Source of the DNA: Neophaeotheca triangularis | Lineage: Eukaryota | DNA: 20,000 bases | Direction of reading: 5' to 3' | NCBI GenBank assembly: GCA_054600435.1 | Contig: BAAIJX010000076.1 | Span: 52,580 to 72,579, forward strand | In this document: positions 7,326-17,489 of the stretch, in pieces | Layout of the letters: each line of letters opens with the position of its first letter | Numbering within the stretch: the first letter of the stretch is position 1 | The notes under the pieces: generated by a model | Told to the model about the DNA's origin: nothing | Database searches by the model: none | The model's input: only the letters and a program-made list of their open reading frames with translations | Translations under genes and position numbers: made by a program

Positions 7326-10001
7326 TCATCCAACAACACTCTTCCCACTCAAGGCCTCCAAGAACCCACTCAAATCTTCCTTCCGCACCTCAACAACCGA
7401 ATGCTCAAAAGAGTCGATACGAACTCTCGCAGCAGTCTCCTCGACCACCGCCTGAAAAGCCTGTCCGAAACGATTGAGACCCGCACCCCTCCTTGCCTTC
7501 AACCCCTGACTCCCAGCAGCAGCGTTCCCATCTTCATCATCGCTCGAGTCCCCATCACCAGAGCGACTGGAAACCGTCGACTCGGTAGCATCAGAGTCGT
7601 CGTCCTCCTCGTCTTCAGCAACGAATAATCCGTTGGCCTCGTCGCGTTCTCGCTGCAAACGCTTCCGCTCCTCCCGCTTACGGGCTCTCTGAGCCTTTTT
7701 CGCAACCTTCTCTGCCTCCTTCCTCTTCTTCTTCGCTTCTCGTTCCCTTAACTCGGCTTTGGTCTTGACCCTCTTGCCCACGCCGCCGCTGCCTAGACCC
7801 ACAACGACGTAGACGCCCCTTCCCTCGTCCAGGCATGCTAGCACGAGAGCTTCGTTAGCGGAGACTTTGCGGCCTTTTTCCGCTTCGAGTACGGCGAGAG
7901 CGTCCCGGGTCCATGAAGCGAGTTTGACCAATGCACCGGGGTGGCAGAAGAGCTGGGTATCGGGACCTTCTTTGACGACGCCCATGCGGAAAGCGCGGAG
8001 GTGGCGGATGAGCTTCTTGGAAATGAGGGAGGAACCCGTCCGTAGAATGGCGCGGTGGAGGTGTTGGGCGGTCGGGATGTGGTGGAGCAGGACGGCGAGG
8101 CCTTGTGTGTTGGAGGTGGAAACGGGGTTGAGGGCGTCGTAGGCGGCGAAGAAGCGGTGAGTCGTGAAGTCTGGTTCGGAGGGTTTGTTGGGGTTTGCAG
8201 GATCGTCTTCGTCGGAGTGTGGGGGCGAGGGGAGACTGCGTTGCACACGGTTATTGTAGGTAGTGTTTGGGTTGTGGGTTTGGTGGCGTTGGGGGAGGCG
8301 GTTGAGCGGGTCGTATTTGTATTCGGTTTGGAAGCCTGTAGGAGCTTCGGTGCCAACTTCGAGGATAGCTGAGGCGATGGTAGCGACATCGGTGGCGCTA
8401 AGTGTTGCTTTCCAGCCCCAGCTGCGCACGAACCCCCACCCTTCCTTTCCGCTGTGGCCATCGACGCCTGGGACGAGGCCGTCGAGGTTGTATTGAGGGG
8501 CAAATTTGAGAATGCGGTCGCGTAGGGATCGCTTCAATTCCATGTCCATGTGAACATAGCCTTTACCTGCCTGTTCAAGGCTCACGCCCATCTTAGCTAG
8601 TAGCTTGTGTAGCCGTTTGCGGCCAGGTTCAGACCAGATGTGCAGCCGGGTGCTGAGGTAGGGGGAATGGAACATGCTGTCGTACAAGCTCCAGTGTCTA
8701 ATGAGTAGAAATCTGGGTTCTGGTGATAGCCGGATGGATGTGTCTGCCGGGCCCCGACCTTTCGTGGGTATTGTGTCTGCTAGATGTTGAGAGCGTTGCA
8801 ATTCTGCTTCAGGTATTGGATTCAAGCGGCGGACTTCGTCTCGCAGCACTTCTCGCACTTGCTCTGATCGGTCTTGGATGGCTCTACTATTGGATGTCTT
8901 AGGTGGCGATGAGTAAGGGGAAAGGTCGGCAGCGCTAATCCCGACAATTGCGAGCCAAAGGAAGTCATTGTTCTCAGCTCCAAGTTCTGAGGCCAGCGAG
9001 TAGAGCATGCTCGATATCGGCTCGGAGTGAGATGTACCTAAGTTGTAGTAGGCTTCGAGAGTAGCCTGGTGTTTTCGGCGCAGATTTAGCAACTTTTTGC
9101 GGAGCTGTCGTGGTGACGGCGGCTTCGGCGGTGATGAGGGTATTACAGCATTGGGGGAACTTGGCTGTGAAGAGGCTGATAATTGCCCGGAGATTATGTT
9201 GCCGCCGGGAGAAGAAGGTAGGGGTGTGCCGGGGTTACTTCGTCTTCGTTGTTTCGGCCGCCCTTCATCCTCGCTGTCAGAGTTGTCTTCGGACTGCGAA
9301 GCTTTGCGTTTTCGACTTTGACTACTGCTCGGTTCGTCTTCATCTGGCGCGTCTCGGGTATCATCATCTTCATGCTCCAACGCGAGATCCTCCTCATCAA
9401 TATCTGGCATATCTTGCAACGCCATGAAGGCCTCCCTCTCCGCCGAGAGATCAGACTGAATATCACCGTCATCCCAGACAATAACACCGCCTTTCCCCGA
9501 CCTGTAATTCGATAAGATTCTCCCTTGCTCGGTGCCATGTCTTTGCTCAGGCGCAGCGTTCTCCTGTGCAGCCTGCACGCTGTTACCAAAAACGTTCTGC
9601 AAGTTCCACGGTCGTCTAGCATCCACCACCCACACCTCGACTCCGTGATTTCGCATATCCACGTCCTCACCCTCCGCGTTCTGTCCGTCCAAGCCGAGTA
9701 CTTCTTCCAAGTCCACTAACCCTCCTACACCCAGACATACGACTGTGCCTCCATCTCCTCCTTGTTGTCGCGTCATGGGATGTACCAACTTTTGCCCATG
9801 CTCCTGCAGATCACTGTAGCCCGACACAGGCTGGACGGTGTGCCTGACATATTCGCGTCTGAGAAGTGACGAGAGAATCCGGGTTGCGCATAAGCTGTCC
9901 ACATTCAGGGAAGTGAAGATCAAGACGGGTGCGGACACGGCAGTGTATTTGTTGATAAGCTCTTCGTAGAGCTGGGATATCTGACCACGCGGGAGATACA
10001 T
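7326..10001 (-). CDS. CDC45: DNA replication initiation factor Cdc45 (CMG helicase component)
   Basis: 891-aa intronless ORF with Cdc45 hallmarks: LNVDSLCATRIL, PVSGYSDL, VCLGVGGLVDL, VWVVDARRPWNLQNVF, acidic loop, FLWLAIVG, FLLIRHWSLYDSMFHSPYLSTRLHIWSEPGRKRLHKLLAKMGVSL and C-terminal NRFGQAF...RIDSFEHSVVEVRKEDLSGFLEAL. Confidence 0.98.
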   Translation of the reverse strand: MYLPRGQISQLYEELINKYTAVSAPVLIFTSLNVDSLCATRILSSLLRREYVRHTVQPVSGYSDLQEHGQKLVHPMTRQQGGDGGTVVCLGVGGLVDLEEVLGLDGQNAEGEDVDMRNHGVEVWVVDARRPWNLQNVFGNSVQAAQENAAPEQRHGTEQGRILSNYRSGKGGVIVWDDGDIQSDLSAEREAFMALQDMPDIDEEDLALEHEDDDTRDAPDEDEPSSSQSRKRKASQSEDNSDSEDEGRPKQRRRSNPGTPLPSSPGGNIISGQLSASSQPSSPNAVIPSSPPKPPSPRQLRKKLLNLRRKHQATLEAYYNLGTSHSEPISSMLYSLASELGAENNDFLWLAIVGISAADLSPYSSPPKTSNSRAIQDRSEQVREVLRDEVRRLNPIPEAELQRSQHLADTIPTKGRGPADTSIRLSPEPRFLLIRHWSLYDSMFHSPYLSTRLHIWSEPGRKRLHKLLAKMGVSLEQAGKGYVHMDMELKRSLRDRILKFAPQYNLDGLVPGVDGHSGKEGWGFVRSWGWKATLSATDVATIASAILEVGTEAPTGFQTEYKYDPLNRLPQRHQTHNPNTTYNNRVQRSLPSPPHSDEDDPANPNKPSEPDFTTHRFFAAYDALNPVSTSNTQGLAVLLHHIPTAQHLHRAILRTGSSLISKKLIRHLRAFRMGVVKEGPDTQLFCHPGALVKLASWTRDALAVLEAEKGRKVSANEALVLACLDEGRGVYVVVGLGSGGVGKRVKTKAELREREAKKKRKEAEKVAKKAQRARKREERKRLQRERDEANGLFVAEDEEDDDSDATESTVSSRSGDGDSSDDEDGNAAAGSQGLKARRGAGLNRFGQAFQAVVEETAARVRIDSFEHSVVEVRKEDLSGFLEALSGKSVVG

Positions 10002-10099
10002 GGCGGATGTGATATCTTAATTCAGAATTACCTCCCAAGCAGGGTATTACGTTCGCAATCGTCGTCCGGTGGGAGTCCAGGTGCCAAATCGCGCTTCGT

Positions 10100-10105
10100 A
10101 CGCGT
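10100..10105. promoter_or_regulatory. MCB (MluI cell-cycle box) element upstream of CDC45
   Basis: Perfect ACGCGT about 100 bp upstream of the CDC45 ATG. Further CGCG cores lie at 10090-10093 and in ACGCGA at 10301-10306. MCB/MBF control of G1/S replication genes is established in ascomycetes. Confidence 0.6.
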
Positions 10106-11233
10106 TAATGAACCGTCTATTGTTAGGCAAGCTCATGCCATGTCCGGAATCGTATGTCGATGGTGGCGAGTTGCGTTATTCGACTGTTGTATGTATGACG
10201 AAGAGGTGTGATTGAGTTACTAGGCGTAAGAGGAGACTGTGGTGGTGGCATACACGTAGATTGGCATTCGACATTTGAATCTCGACATTGGATTTGGGAA
10301 ACGCGACCTCGAGCGCGACTTGATTAGCTCCGGCTGTTTCCGCCAAACATCGAGTCCTTGCAGCCTCAGGCAGAATTTTGGGGATAAGATAAGATGAAAG
10401 TGTCGGATCTTGACATCCCCGACCTCATCTCTTTGTTCATCATCATCCAAGCCGCCCAGCTTTCCAAGTTCCCACTTTGCCTACAAGTACAACCCCAGCC
10501 GGCCCCCCGGCTAGAAAGGCCCTGCAATGGACAACCTTAACCGACGGCGGCGCCGACACATAAAAACTCAGCCTTACACTACGCGCTGTCCACGACTCGC
10601 CAAGCATCCATTCTGCCAGCCATATTCATCATGAGGAGAATATACTCTCCTACAAGGAACATGCCGCCACCATCGCAGCCACTAACTTCCAAGGCCGTGA
10701 AGAGTCCAGACCGTCCGATCCGTACCTGGCGCCGCGCGCCCCGTGCAGCCTCATCTATCGCCCATTGGAGCAGCTCCGTCAAATTTATAGATCTCGCAAG
10801 AATTGCTCCTATACTTGAGAAGCTTGACTGCCACGAACGAGTCTACGTACCGGGTTCTGGGCATGTCAGTGGCTGTAGGGCTGCGCCGTGTGCGCAATTA
10901 GCTCCCTCGTAGCTTTCAATGGGAGCGTAGCGGCTTGCTGTGTTCTTCTTGCGCATGCCTTGGCTTTCGAATGTGGCGAGTGGCCAGTCTGGGTTGTACT
11001 ACCAAGGCTTGCGGAAGGGGTGGATTATTGCCTGGGACGTAGGGAAGCGGGTACCTACCATCAGCCCACACGTAATGGGCGAAGAAAGGCAAGTCAAGGA
11101 GATGCTGTAAGAGCAGTCAAAAGGGTCTTTGACTGCCCTCCCTTGCGCGAGTAGGTACCTCCAGCTCAATCGCTTCTCTCAATTCCCTCCAAACCCTCTT
11201 TAGCACCTCCCATCCATTCTAAAGCCCACCAAA

Positions 11234-12045
11234 ATGGCTCCCTCATTCCTCGCAACCCTCACCCTTTCGGCCCTCGCAGCCACAACACTCGCAGCCCCCC
11301 TTCTCCCCCGGCAAGACAGCCCCGAATGCGTCTCAGGCCTCTACATCCTCGTGGCGCGCGGTAGCAACGAAGACGTCACCTCCGGCCGCACCGACGAAGT
11401 CGCAGGCCTCATCCAAGCCGAGGTACCCAACAGCCGCACCGAGAACATCAACTACCCGGCAGCCATCATACCATCGGGAGACGGTTCGCTGAGCATCTCG
11501 GACCTCTACCCAGCTTCGGTAGCTGCGGGAGCGGGCGATGTGAAGAACAAAATCCGCAACTATGTCGACACTTGCGGCCCCGACAGTCAGATCGCGTTGC
11601 TAGGCTACAGCCAGGGCGCGAATGCCATCAGCGACGCACTGGCGGGTGGGCTATTGAGGCCAATTCCTCTGAGCAGCAGCTACCGTGACAACAGTAAGCC
11701 CCTCCTTTCACCGCAACCAATACCCTCAATCTCACAATCCCTTACTTACCCACCCTCCCCACCCTAGTCAAAGCAATAACCCTCTTCGCCGACCCCTCTT
11801 TCACCCGCCGTCAATCCTTCAACGCCGGCAGCAACAACGACCGCAACGGCATTTTTGCGCGTTTGGGACCTTCCCTCCGCCGGCTAAACACTTACGCTGC
11901 TGTGACGCAGAGTTACTGCGACGTGGGAGATTTCTTCTGCGCGACTGGTGGCAGCCTGGCAGTGCACTCCGCTACTGTCCCGAGCTATGCGCAAGCGGCC
12001 GCGGACTTTGTTGTTGAGAAGGTTGCTTCGGGGGATGAGACTTAG
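11234..12045 (+). CDS. Secreted carbohydrate esterase family 5 protein (acetylxylan esterase / cutinase family), 245 aa
   Basis: Exons 11234-11693 and 11768-12045; intron 11694-11767 (GTAAGC...ACTTAC...CCTAG, 74 nt). Signal peptide MAPSFLATLTLSALAATTLA, then ILVARGSNE, INYPA, nucleophile motif GYSQG, spliced IKAITLFADP, SYCDVGDFFC (catalytic Asp) and AVHSA (catalytic His). No CBM1. Confidence 0.93.
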
Positions 12046-12795
12046 AGTCAGGTACCGTCGTTGACAGAGGGCGCGGGCTTATAGCACCGTGCCTGATGGT
12101 GGTAATGAAGGTCCGGGGGATGGTGATTTACGGGATAGATGCAAATATCCCCTTGATACCCGGATTTAGATGGGCTAATGTTGGGAGGCGTTTAGGATGT
12201 TACTGTAGTGCATAGTGCAATGAGATATAGACATTTACCGGCGTGGGCATCGTCTAAATACGATGAAGCGCCTCGGCGAATGGTTTGCAGGAGACAACTG
12301 CTTCCGTTCCATACGAACTTTTGCTCTTGCTTTTCGATCTGGTTGCACTAGGGAAAGAATCAGAATGTCTCATCAACATAATTCTGCTCAGCACCTCCTG
12401 CTCCAAACAGGACATGTCGTTTGACTGACGCCTACGTTAATCGCTAAATCTGGACCGTTTGACCCTTACTCGACTCGCGTCACTTCCTAGGCCGCCAGTA
12501 ACAAAGTAGGAGGAAAGGAACTTTCGGGATGAGCTCAGTCTTGCATATCCTATCGGCAAGATGCGAGGTAGCGTCTGGCGCTTCAGTGCGCAATGCCGCG
12601 GCAATGCTGATCGTTGGTTTCCAATTGCCCTGAAGGCCATTCCCAGCAACAGCACTTTAGATGGGTTCCCCCTCAATGGAGCCAGTGTAGGCATGTTCTC
12701 CTTTCGACCATGCTTTATACCTCTGGCTCGCCTGGGTCTGAGAATAACGCAGACGCTATGATCGTGCGATGAATATCCAGCATGCGGCTTGCATC

Positions 12796-13323
12796 TCACT
12801 TAGTTGCTAGCCCTGAGCCACTGGTCTTCTGAGATTGCTGCAAAAGCGCTTCCTGTGCGCGCAAACTAGCCTTTTGGGCCTTGATCGAGGCTTGCAGCGC
12901 GTTCGCGAAGAGAGGCTGCATCTCGATTTCCTTTTGGAATGGCGGTCCAGTTGGCTGTGTTGAGACTTCTGGGCCGCTGCCTGTCCTGGCGGTATCCTCA
13001 AGTACAGCACGCTGCTGGTTTGTTTCGGGAATGGCTGCGGAGGGTACAGGATATGTGTCGGCGCCATGTGCCAATGGCTGCATTGATGCCCACGTGTCGG
13101 CTTGTATCCCTGAGGAGCCAGTATGCATGGCAGCACGGGCTCGAGTGATGGGTCTGCTGGTTGATTTAGTGTACAGCGCCTCGTGCGAGTCCAGATGTAG
13201 AGTGACGTCTTCGATAGCATGATTGAGGTGGATAGACCGTTTGGGGAAGTGGAAGTGGGAGTTGTCTTCGAAATCGTTCAATCTGTCGACTCGCCGAAGC
13301 ACAAGGGTGGCTAAATTTAGCAC
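12796..13323 (-). CDS. Possible orphan hypothetical protein; gene structure uncertain
   Basis: 175-codon open frame with a protein-like composition and a helical C-terminal stretch (ANALQASIKAQKASLRAQEALLQQ). The track start is GTG. An upstream ATG near 13452 could be joined in frame through a ~47-nt GTACAA...AATAG intron with a weak branch site. No family recognised. Confidence 0.3.
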   Translation of the reverse strand: MLNLATLVLRRVDRLNDFEDNSHFHFPKRSIHLNHAIEDVTLHLDSHEALYTKSTSRPITRARAAMHTGSSGIQADTWASMQPLAHGADTYPVPSAAIPETNQQRAVLEDTARTGSGPEVSTQPTGPPFQKEIEMQPLFANALQASIKAQKASLRAQEALLQQSQKTSGSGLATK

Positions 13324-14249
13324 AAGGCAGGAGTGTTGCCAGTTGCAGATGCTGCCACTTAAGCTGACTATTTGTGTTGGCGAAGATAGGAGTTGGCGGT
13401 GGCAGTGCTTGTACCACCGGCACTATAACTGGTAGTCTGAGGCAATGCCATAACGTTTGAAGCTCAGCTTGGCTCACTGCAAATGATCGTAAAGTGAGCT
13501 CGGGAGAGTAAATGAATAGTAAGTTCCACCACCCTTAAGAGTAGCGACAGTGAATGCGGTGTGTCAGGACCCCTTTGTGAACTGGCAAAGAAGAGATGTT
13601 GAGGTACTGGGGGGGAAAAAAGGAAAGTAGCAATAGTGGGAAAAGCGCTGCAAGTGCGGGAGCTCAAGATACATAGTACAGCTAAAGTGGGCGGTGGCAG
13701 CGACCACCTGCCGCAATGCTTCGGCACTTCACGAGCTCCTGCTTACTGCAGCGGACAATATCCAGATTATGGTCGCAACATAGCAGACTACTGTTCGTTT
13801 GCAGTAGCGAAATGCAGCCACCGCTTGACGCCCTCATCCGGGGCTGATTGCTCCTCAGTGCCGTTTGAAGGCTTGCGAGCTTTGCGTGGATGCCTCGTAC
13901 ACTTCTTCTTGCCGAGACTAATCTTCATCTCGGCATCTTTGCCACCCTTCTCCACATCCTTCGGTGTTGCTGATCGTATCCTAGCTTCTTCAGCCTTCTT
14001 CTCGCCTCTCTTGAGCTGCAATGGTAGGTTCAGGCAGCCAAGTCGAGCCTCCTCCGTGATATCGGGGGCTTCAGCTTCGCCATTCTCGGTGTCCATCTCG
14101 GTATCAGGGTTGTTGAGCTTCAATTGCTCTAGGATACTCGATAGCGACAGGTCGATGTTTGAGCGTGTCTTATTCGCTGCCTTCGGCGTCGGAGAACGCT
14201 TCCCTGCTCGGCCGAAACACGTCAATTCTGTGTCTTTTGGTGCGTACGT

Positions 14250-14915
14250 TCACTCATCGTCCTGAATGGTGATACCCTGTTCTTCCCGCACCTTGCCATT
14301 CTCACCACCGCCCGGCACCGCGCTATCTCCACTGCCGTTCTTCCTATCCTCCTCATCACCATCAGCGGCAGCCTGTCCGGGCAAATTCGGGTTTCTCTTC
14401 TTCGCCGGTGCGGCGGCCTTCTCCATACCTCCTGCTTCCCCTTCGCCCTCTTTCTTCCCCTTTCCCTTTCCCGACCTAGCCCTAGCCTTCTCCCTCTTCC
14501 TCCGATTTCGCTCCAACTTCTCCTCATCCTCCTTCCTAGCCCTCTCACTCCTATCCTTCCACTCTCGATCCCTCTCCTCCTGCTCAGCCTCCTCATCCAT
14601 CTTTCTCAACCGTTCATATTCCCTCCGCCGACTGGCCTTGTAAACGTGAAACTCGCCAGACCCAGCACCGGCGCTCGAACCTTGGACGTTGGCGACAATC
14701 TCCGGGGGCGCATTTTGCGACTTGGCTTTTTGGAGGTTTTTGTTTGATGTGACATTGTCAATTTGTTGCAGGGCACGGTCAGGGTCTGCGAAGAGGGCGG
14801 AGACTTGGTTTGCTTGTGATGAATTGGCTGCCAGGGTAGAGGCGGGTCCTGTGCGCGCGCGTTTCGCGGGGCGAGATTCGGAGGTGGGCACGGATTCGGG
14901 GATGGGCTCGGACAT
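14250..14915 (-). CDS. PRKRIP1: PRKR-interacting protein 1 / DUF1168 family spliceosomal protein
   Basis: 221-aa ORF with the family signature [40 protein letters not shown], followed by an E/R/K coiled coil and C-terminal GITIQDDE. Confidence 0.95.
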   Translation of the reverse strand: MSEPIPESVPTSESRPAKRARTGPASTLAANSSQANQVSALFADPDRALQQIDNVTSNKNLQKAKSQNAPPEIVANVQGSSAGAGSGEFHVYKASRRREYERLRKMDEEAEQEERDREWKDRSERARKEDEEKLERNRRKREKARARSGKGKGKKEGEGEAGGMEKAAAPAKKRNPNLPGQAAADGDEEDRKNGSGDSAVPGGGENGKVREEQGITIQDDE

Positions 14916-15169
14916 GGTGAATAGTGGTTAGTGCCTGTCGTTACTGGTGGGTGGCTATGAGAGATTGATGTTGTAGTAGGAAGGTTAGCGAAGTGTAAGT
15001 CAAGGGAAGCTTCGATGCTCTAATGCTTTTTTGAGCATGTGAAGATGATTACTCAGCATATTCCCCGCGCCTTCCACAGGCGGCGGCGGCGTGCCATAAA
15101 AGTGTTTGCCTTCATGGCTTCCTATTACAATGGACAACAACGACCTCCAAGATCGTTGAGGTTGTAAAG
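14916..15169. promoter_or_regulatory. Short divergent (bidirectional) promoter region between PRKRIP1 and the DET1-like gene
   Basis: Only 254 bp separate the head-to-head ATGs at 14915 (-) and 15170 (+). Contains a GGC-repeat run near 15079-15091. Confidence 0.6.
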
Positions 15170-16819
15170 ATGGGCAAGCCACGGGCAAGTAGCTCACAAG
15201 ATGATACCATACAACATAATCTAACACTCGCTCCAGATGATCATTCTCATCCGCCATGCCCAATCCGAAGGCAACAAGAACCGCCAGGTCCACCAGCTGG
15301 TACCAGACCACCGTGTCAAGCTCACAGACGAAGGCCATCATCAGGTACTGCAACCCGAAGCGCAGCATCTCTCAGCTCAAGCAAACCTAACTAACCACCC
15401 TAGGCAGAAGAGGCCGGCCGTCGGCTGCGCTCCCTGCTGAAACCCGACGATACACTTCAATTCTACACTTCCCCCTACCGCCGCACCCGCGAGACCACCG
15501 AAGGTATCTTACGAACCCTCACCTCCTCCGACCCCGACGATCCGTCTTCCGCTCCTTCCCCCTTCAGCCGCCACAGCATCAAAGTCTACGAAGAGCCGCG
15601 GCTGCGAGAGCAGGATTTCGGTAACTTCCAGCCATGTTCGGCCGAGATGGAGAGGATGTGGCAGGAGAGGGCGGACTATGGACATTTTTTCTACCGTATT
15701 CCGAACGGCGAGAGTGCGGCGGATGCGTATGACCGGATTAGCGGGTTCAACGAGAGCTTGTGGAGGAGCTTTGGGGAGGCGGAGTTCCCAAGCGTTTGTG
15801 TTCTTGTTACTCATGGGTTGATGACGAGGGTGTTTTTGATGAAATGGTGAGTGCTCGCAGACGAGCTTGAGATCCTGGGAAGCAAGAAGGGGAAAAAGAT
15901 GGGCTAATACTGGTCAAGGTACCACTGGTCCGTGGAGTACTTCGAGGACTTGCGCAACGTTAACCACTGCGAATTCGTCCTCATGAAACAGAACCAGGAG
16001 AACAAAAAATACACATTGCAGAACGATCTGCGGACTTGGTCGGAACTTAAGCGAGAACGTCAGCTGGATCAACGAGCACAACCGCCGAAAAGGAAAAACA
16101 CAGTTTCGCAATTCTTAACCAATGCTGGTAGTGAAAGCCCCAGCATACCGGCGAAGAAATGGGGAGGCTGTGTCGAAGGCTGTAGACACGACCATTCGTC
16201 ATATCCTGCCCGCGACCGTAAGAAGGCCGCCGAGGCAGAGTTGTCATTACCTCCCGCCGCCAGTCCAGGGAACTCCGCACGTAATGAGTCGGATGACCAC
16301 GCATTGTCCGGACACGAGCCGACAACAGAAGGGCTCCCTTCAATCCCACCAAACTCGTCCAATGGACCGAGCTTTCACAATCCCTCCCCCACTGCGTCCC
16401 GCACAGCCGACAACCCCTCCGGCAGACCATCTACATCTCTCAATCTCCCTTTCCGACCCAGAGCGCCTATCTCCGGCTCTCGGGGACGCGACTTCGGTGG
16501 TTCAGAATCCGGCGCAGCGACCCCGGCCGAAGGCCTAAGCGATAGCGAAAACACTTACTTCGAAGCCGCGACGCAGCCGACAGCTCTCGCCACTGCGCTG
16601 AGGAAAACTCCAAAGCGGAAAACTACGGTCGAGGATATCGATAGGTGGGAGCTTGAGAGCGGGATGGGGAAGGGGAAGCGTGCGGATGCTCTCGGGGATG
16701 AACCTGAGGAAGGACAGCTTGATGGCGCCGATGCGGATGAGGGAAGATTTGGAGGAGGCGAAGCGGGGCTTGAAGAGAGAGAGAAGTGGGATAGGGGGTT
16801 GCGGGGGAGTGTGTATTAA
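15170..16819 (+). CDS. DET1: Histidine phosphatase (phosphoglycerate mutase) superfamily protein, DET1-like, 488 aa
   Basis: Exons 15170-15184, 15237-15344, 15404-15846 and 15919-16819, total 1467 nt. Introns: GCAAGT..CTAAC..CAG; GTACTG..CTAAC..TAG; GTGAGT..GCTAAT..AAG. Product: MGKPRMIILIRHAQSEGNKN...FYTSPYRRTRET...EEPRLREQDFGNFQ...YGHFFYRIPNGESAADAYDR...VLVTHGLMTRVFLMKWYHWSVEYFEDLRNVNHCEF plus a disordered tail. The symbol reflects resemblance to yeast Det1 and is less certain than the family call. Confidence 0.92.
15185..15236 (+). other. Non-canonical GC-AG intron (52 nt)
   Basis: CGG|GCAAGT donor, CTAAC branch at 15221-15225, CTCCAG acceptor. The phase-0 splice gives MGKPR-MIILIRH. Confidence 0.8.
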
Positions 16820-17489
16820 GGAGACGACTTTCGACGGAGGGGAAGCACGCTCTTCACGACTTTGACGAATGGAAGCAACTATGAAAAACAGAGGTGCCCT
16901 GAACGGCATTATTCTGGCGGCGTATCTGGTGCAGAAGGATGGGAGCAGCATGGGAAAGCGTTGGGGTTTTGCTCTAGCTCCTCACTTTCTAAATCCCAGT
17001 AGCTACACTGCTAGATCTCGCATTCAAGGGTTCACTGCGCAGCCTATCTTGCTTAGCTACCTAGGTACGCACAAGACGGGAGGACTTGCAGCGATTACAC
17101 TGCAGGTCAAGGTATCTGGTTCTGGGAAGCCATCTGCACACAAGGTCGTGCTTTGGGAGCAAGGGAGGTAGTAGGAGGTCCGTGCTATCGCTATCTCGGC
17201 AGATATGGGCCGTGCCGACCGGCATTTGAGCAACAACTTCTACTTCACATTCGACCGCAGAAGTCGGGACGATTTATCGACATGCAAACATACAATTCAC
17301 TTGTCCTCGAGATCTCCCCCTCGTGCTCTCACACGCCTGTTGAAGCTGCTTTGGCTGCTCCGATCAGTGCTCGAGCTGACAAGCAGCTTCTCCGACCTCG
17401 ATAGCGGAAACAAGCTTGCAAAAAGCTGAAAGAAACTTACAATAGAGCTTGCTACGATACCTCCACCTGGTACTCGAGTCAACGCCAAC

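Noticed and set aside
7401..9719. Multiple overlapping ORFs within CDC45, including the 221-aa 7838..8503 frame
   Set aside because: Alternative-frame artefacts of C/G-skewed coding sequence giving P/T/S-rich low-complexity translations.
10505..11164. XlnR-like GGCTAG (10509) and CreA-like SYGGRG sites upstream of the esterase
   Set aside because: Short degenerate hexamers expected by chance in GC-rich DNA, with no clustering.
13636..14931. + strand ORFs of 209, 125 and 80 aa
   Set aside because: Antisense to purine-rich PRKRIP1 and its downstream frame; S/F/L-rich composition typical of shadow ORFs.
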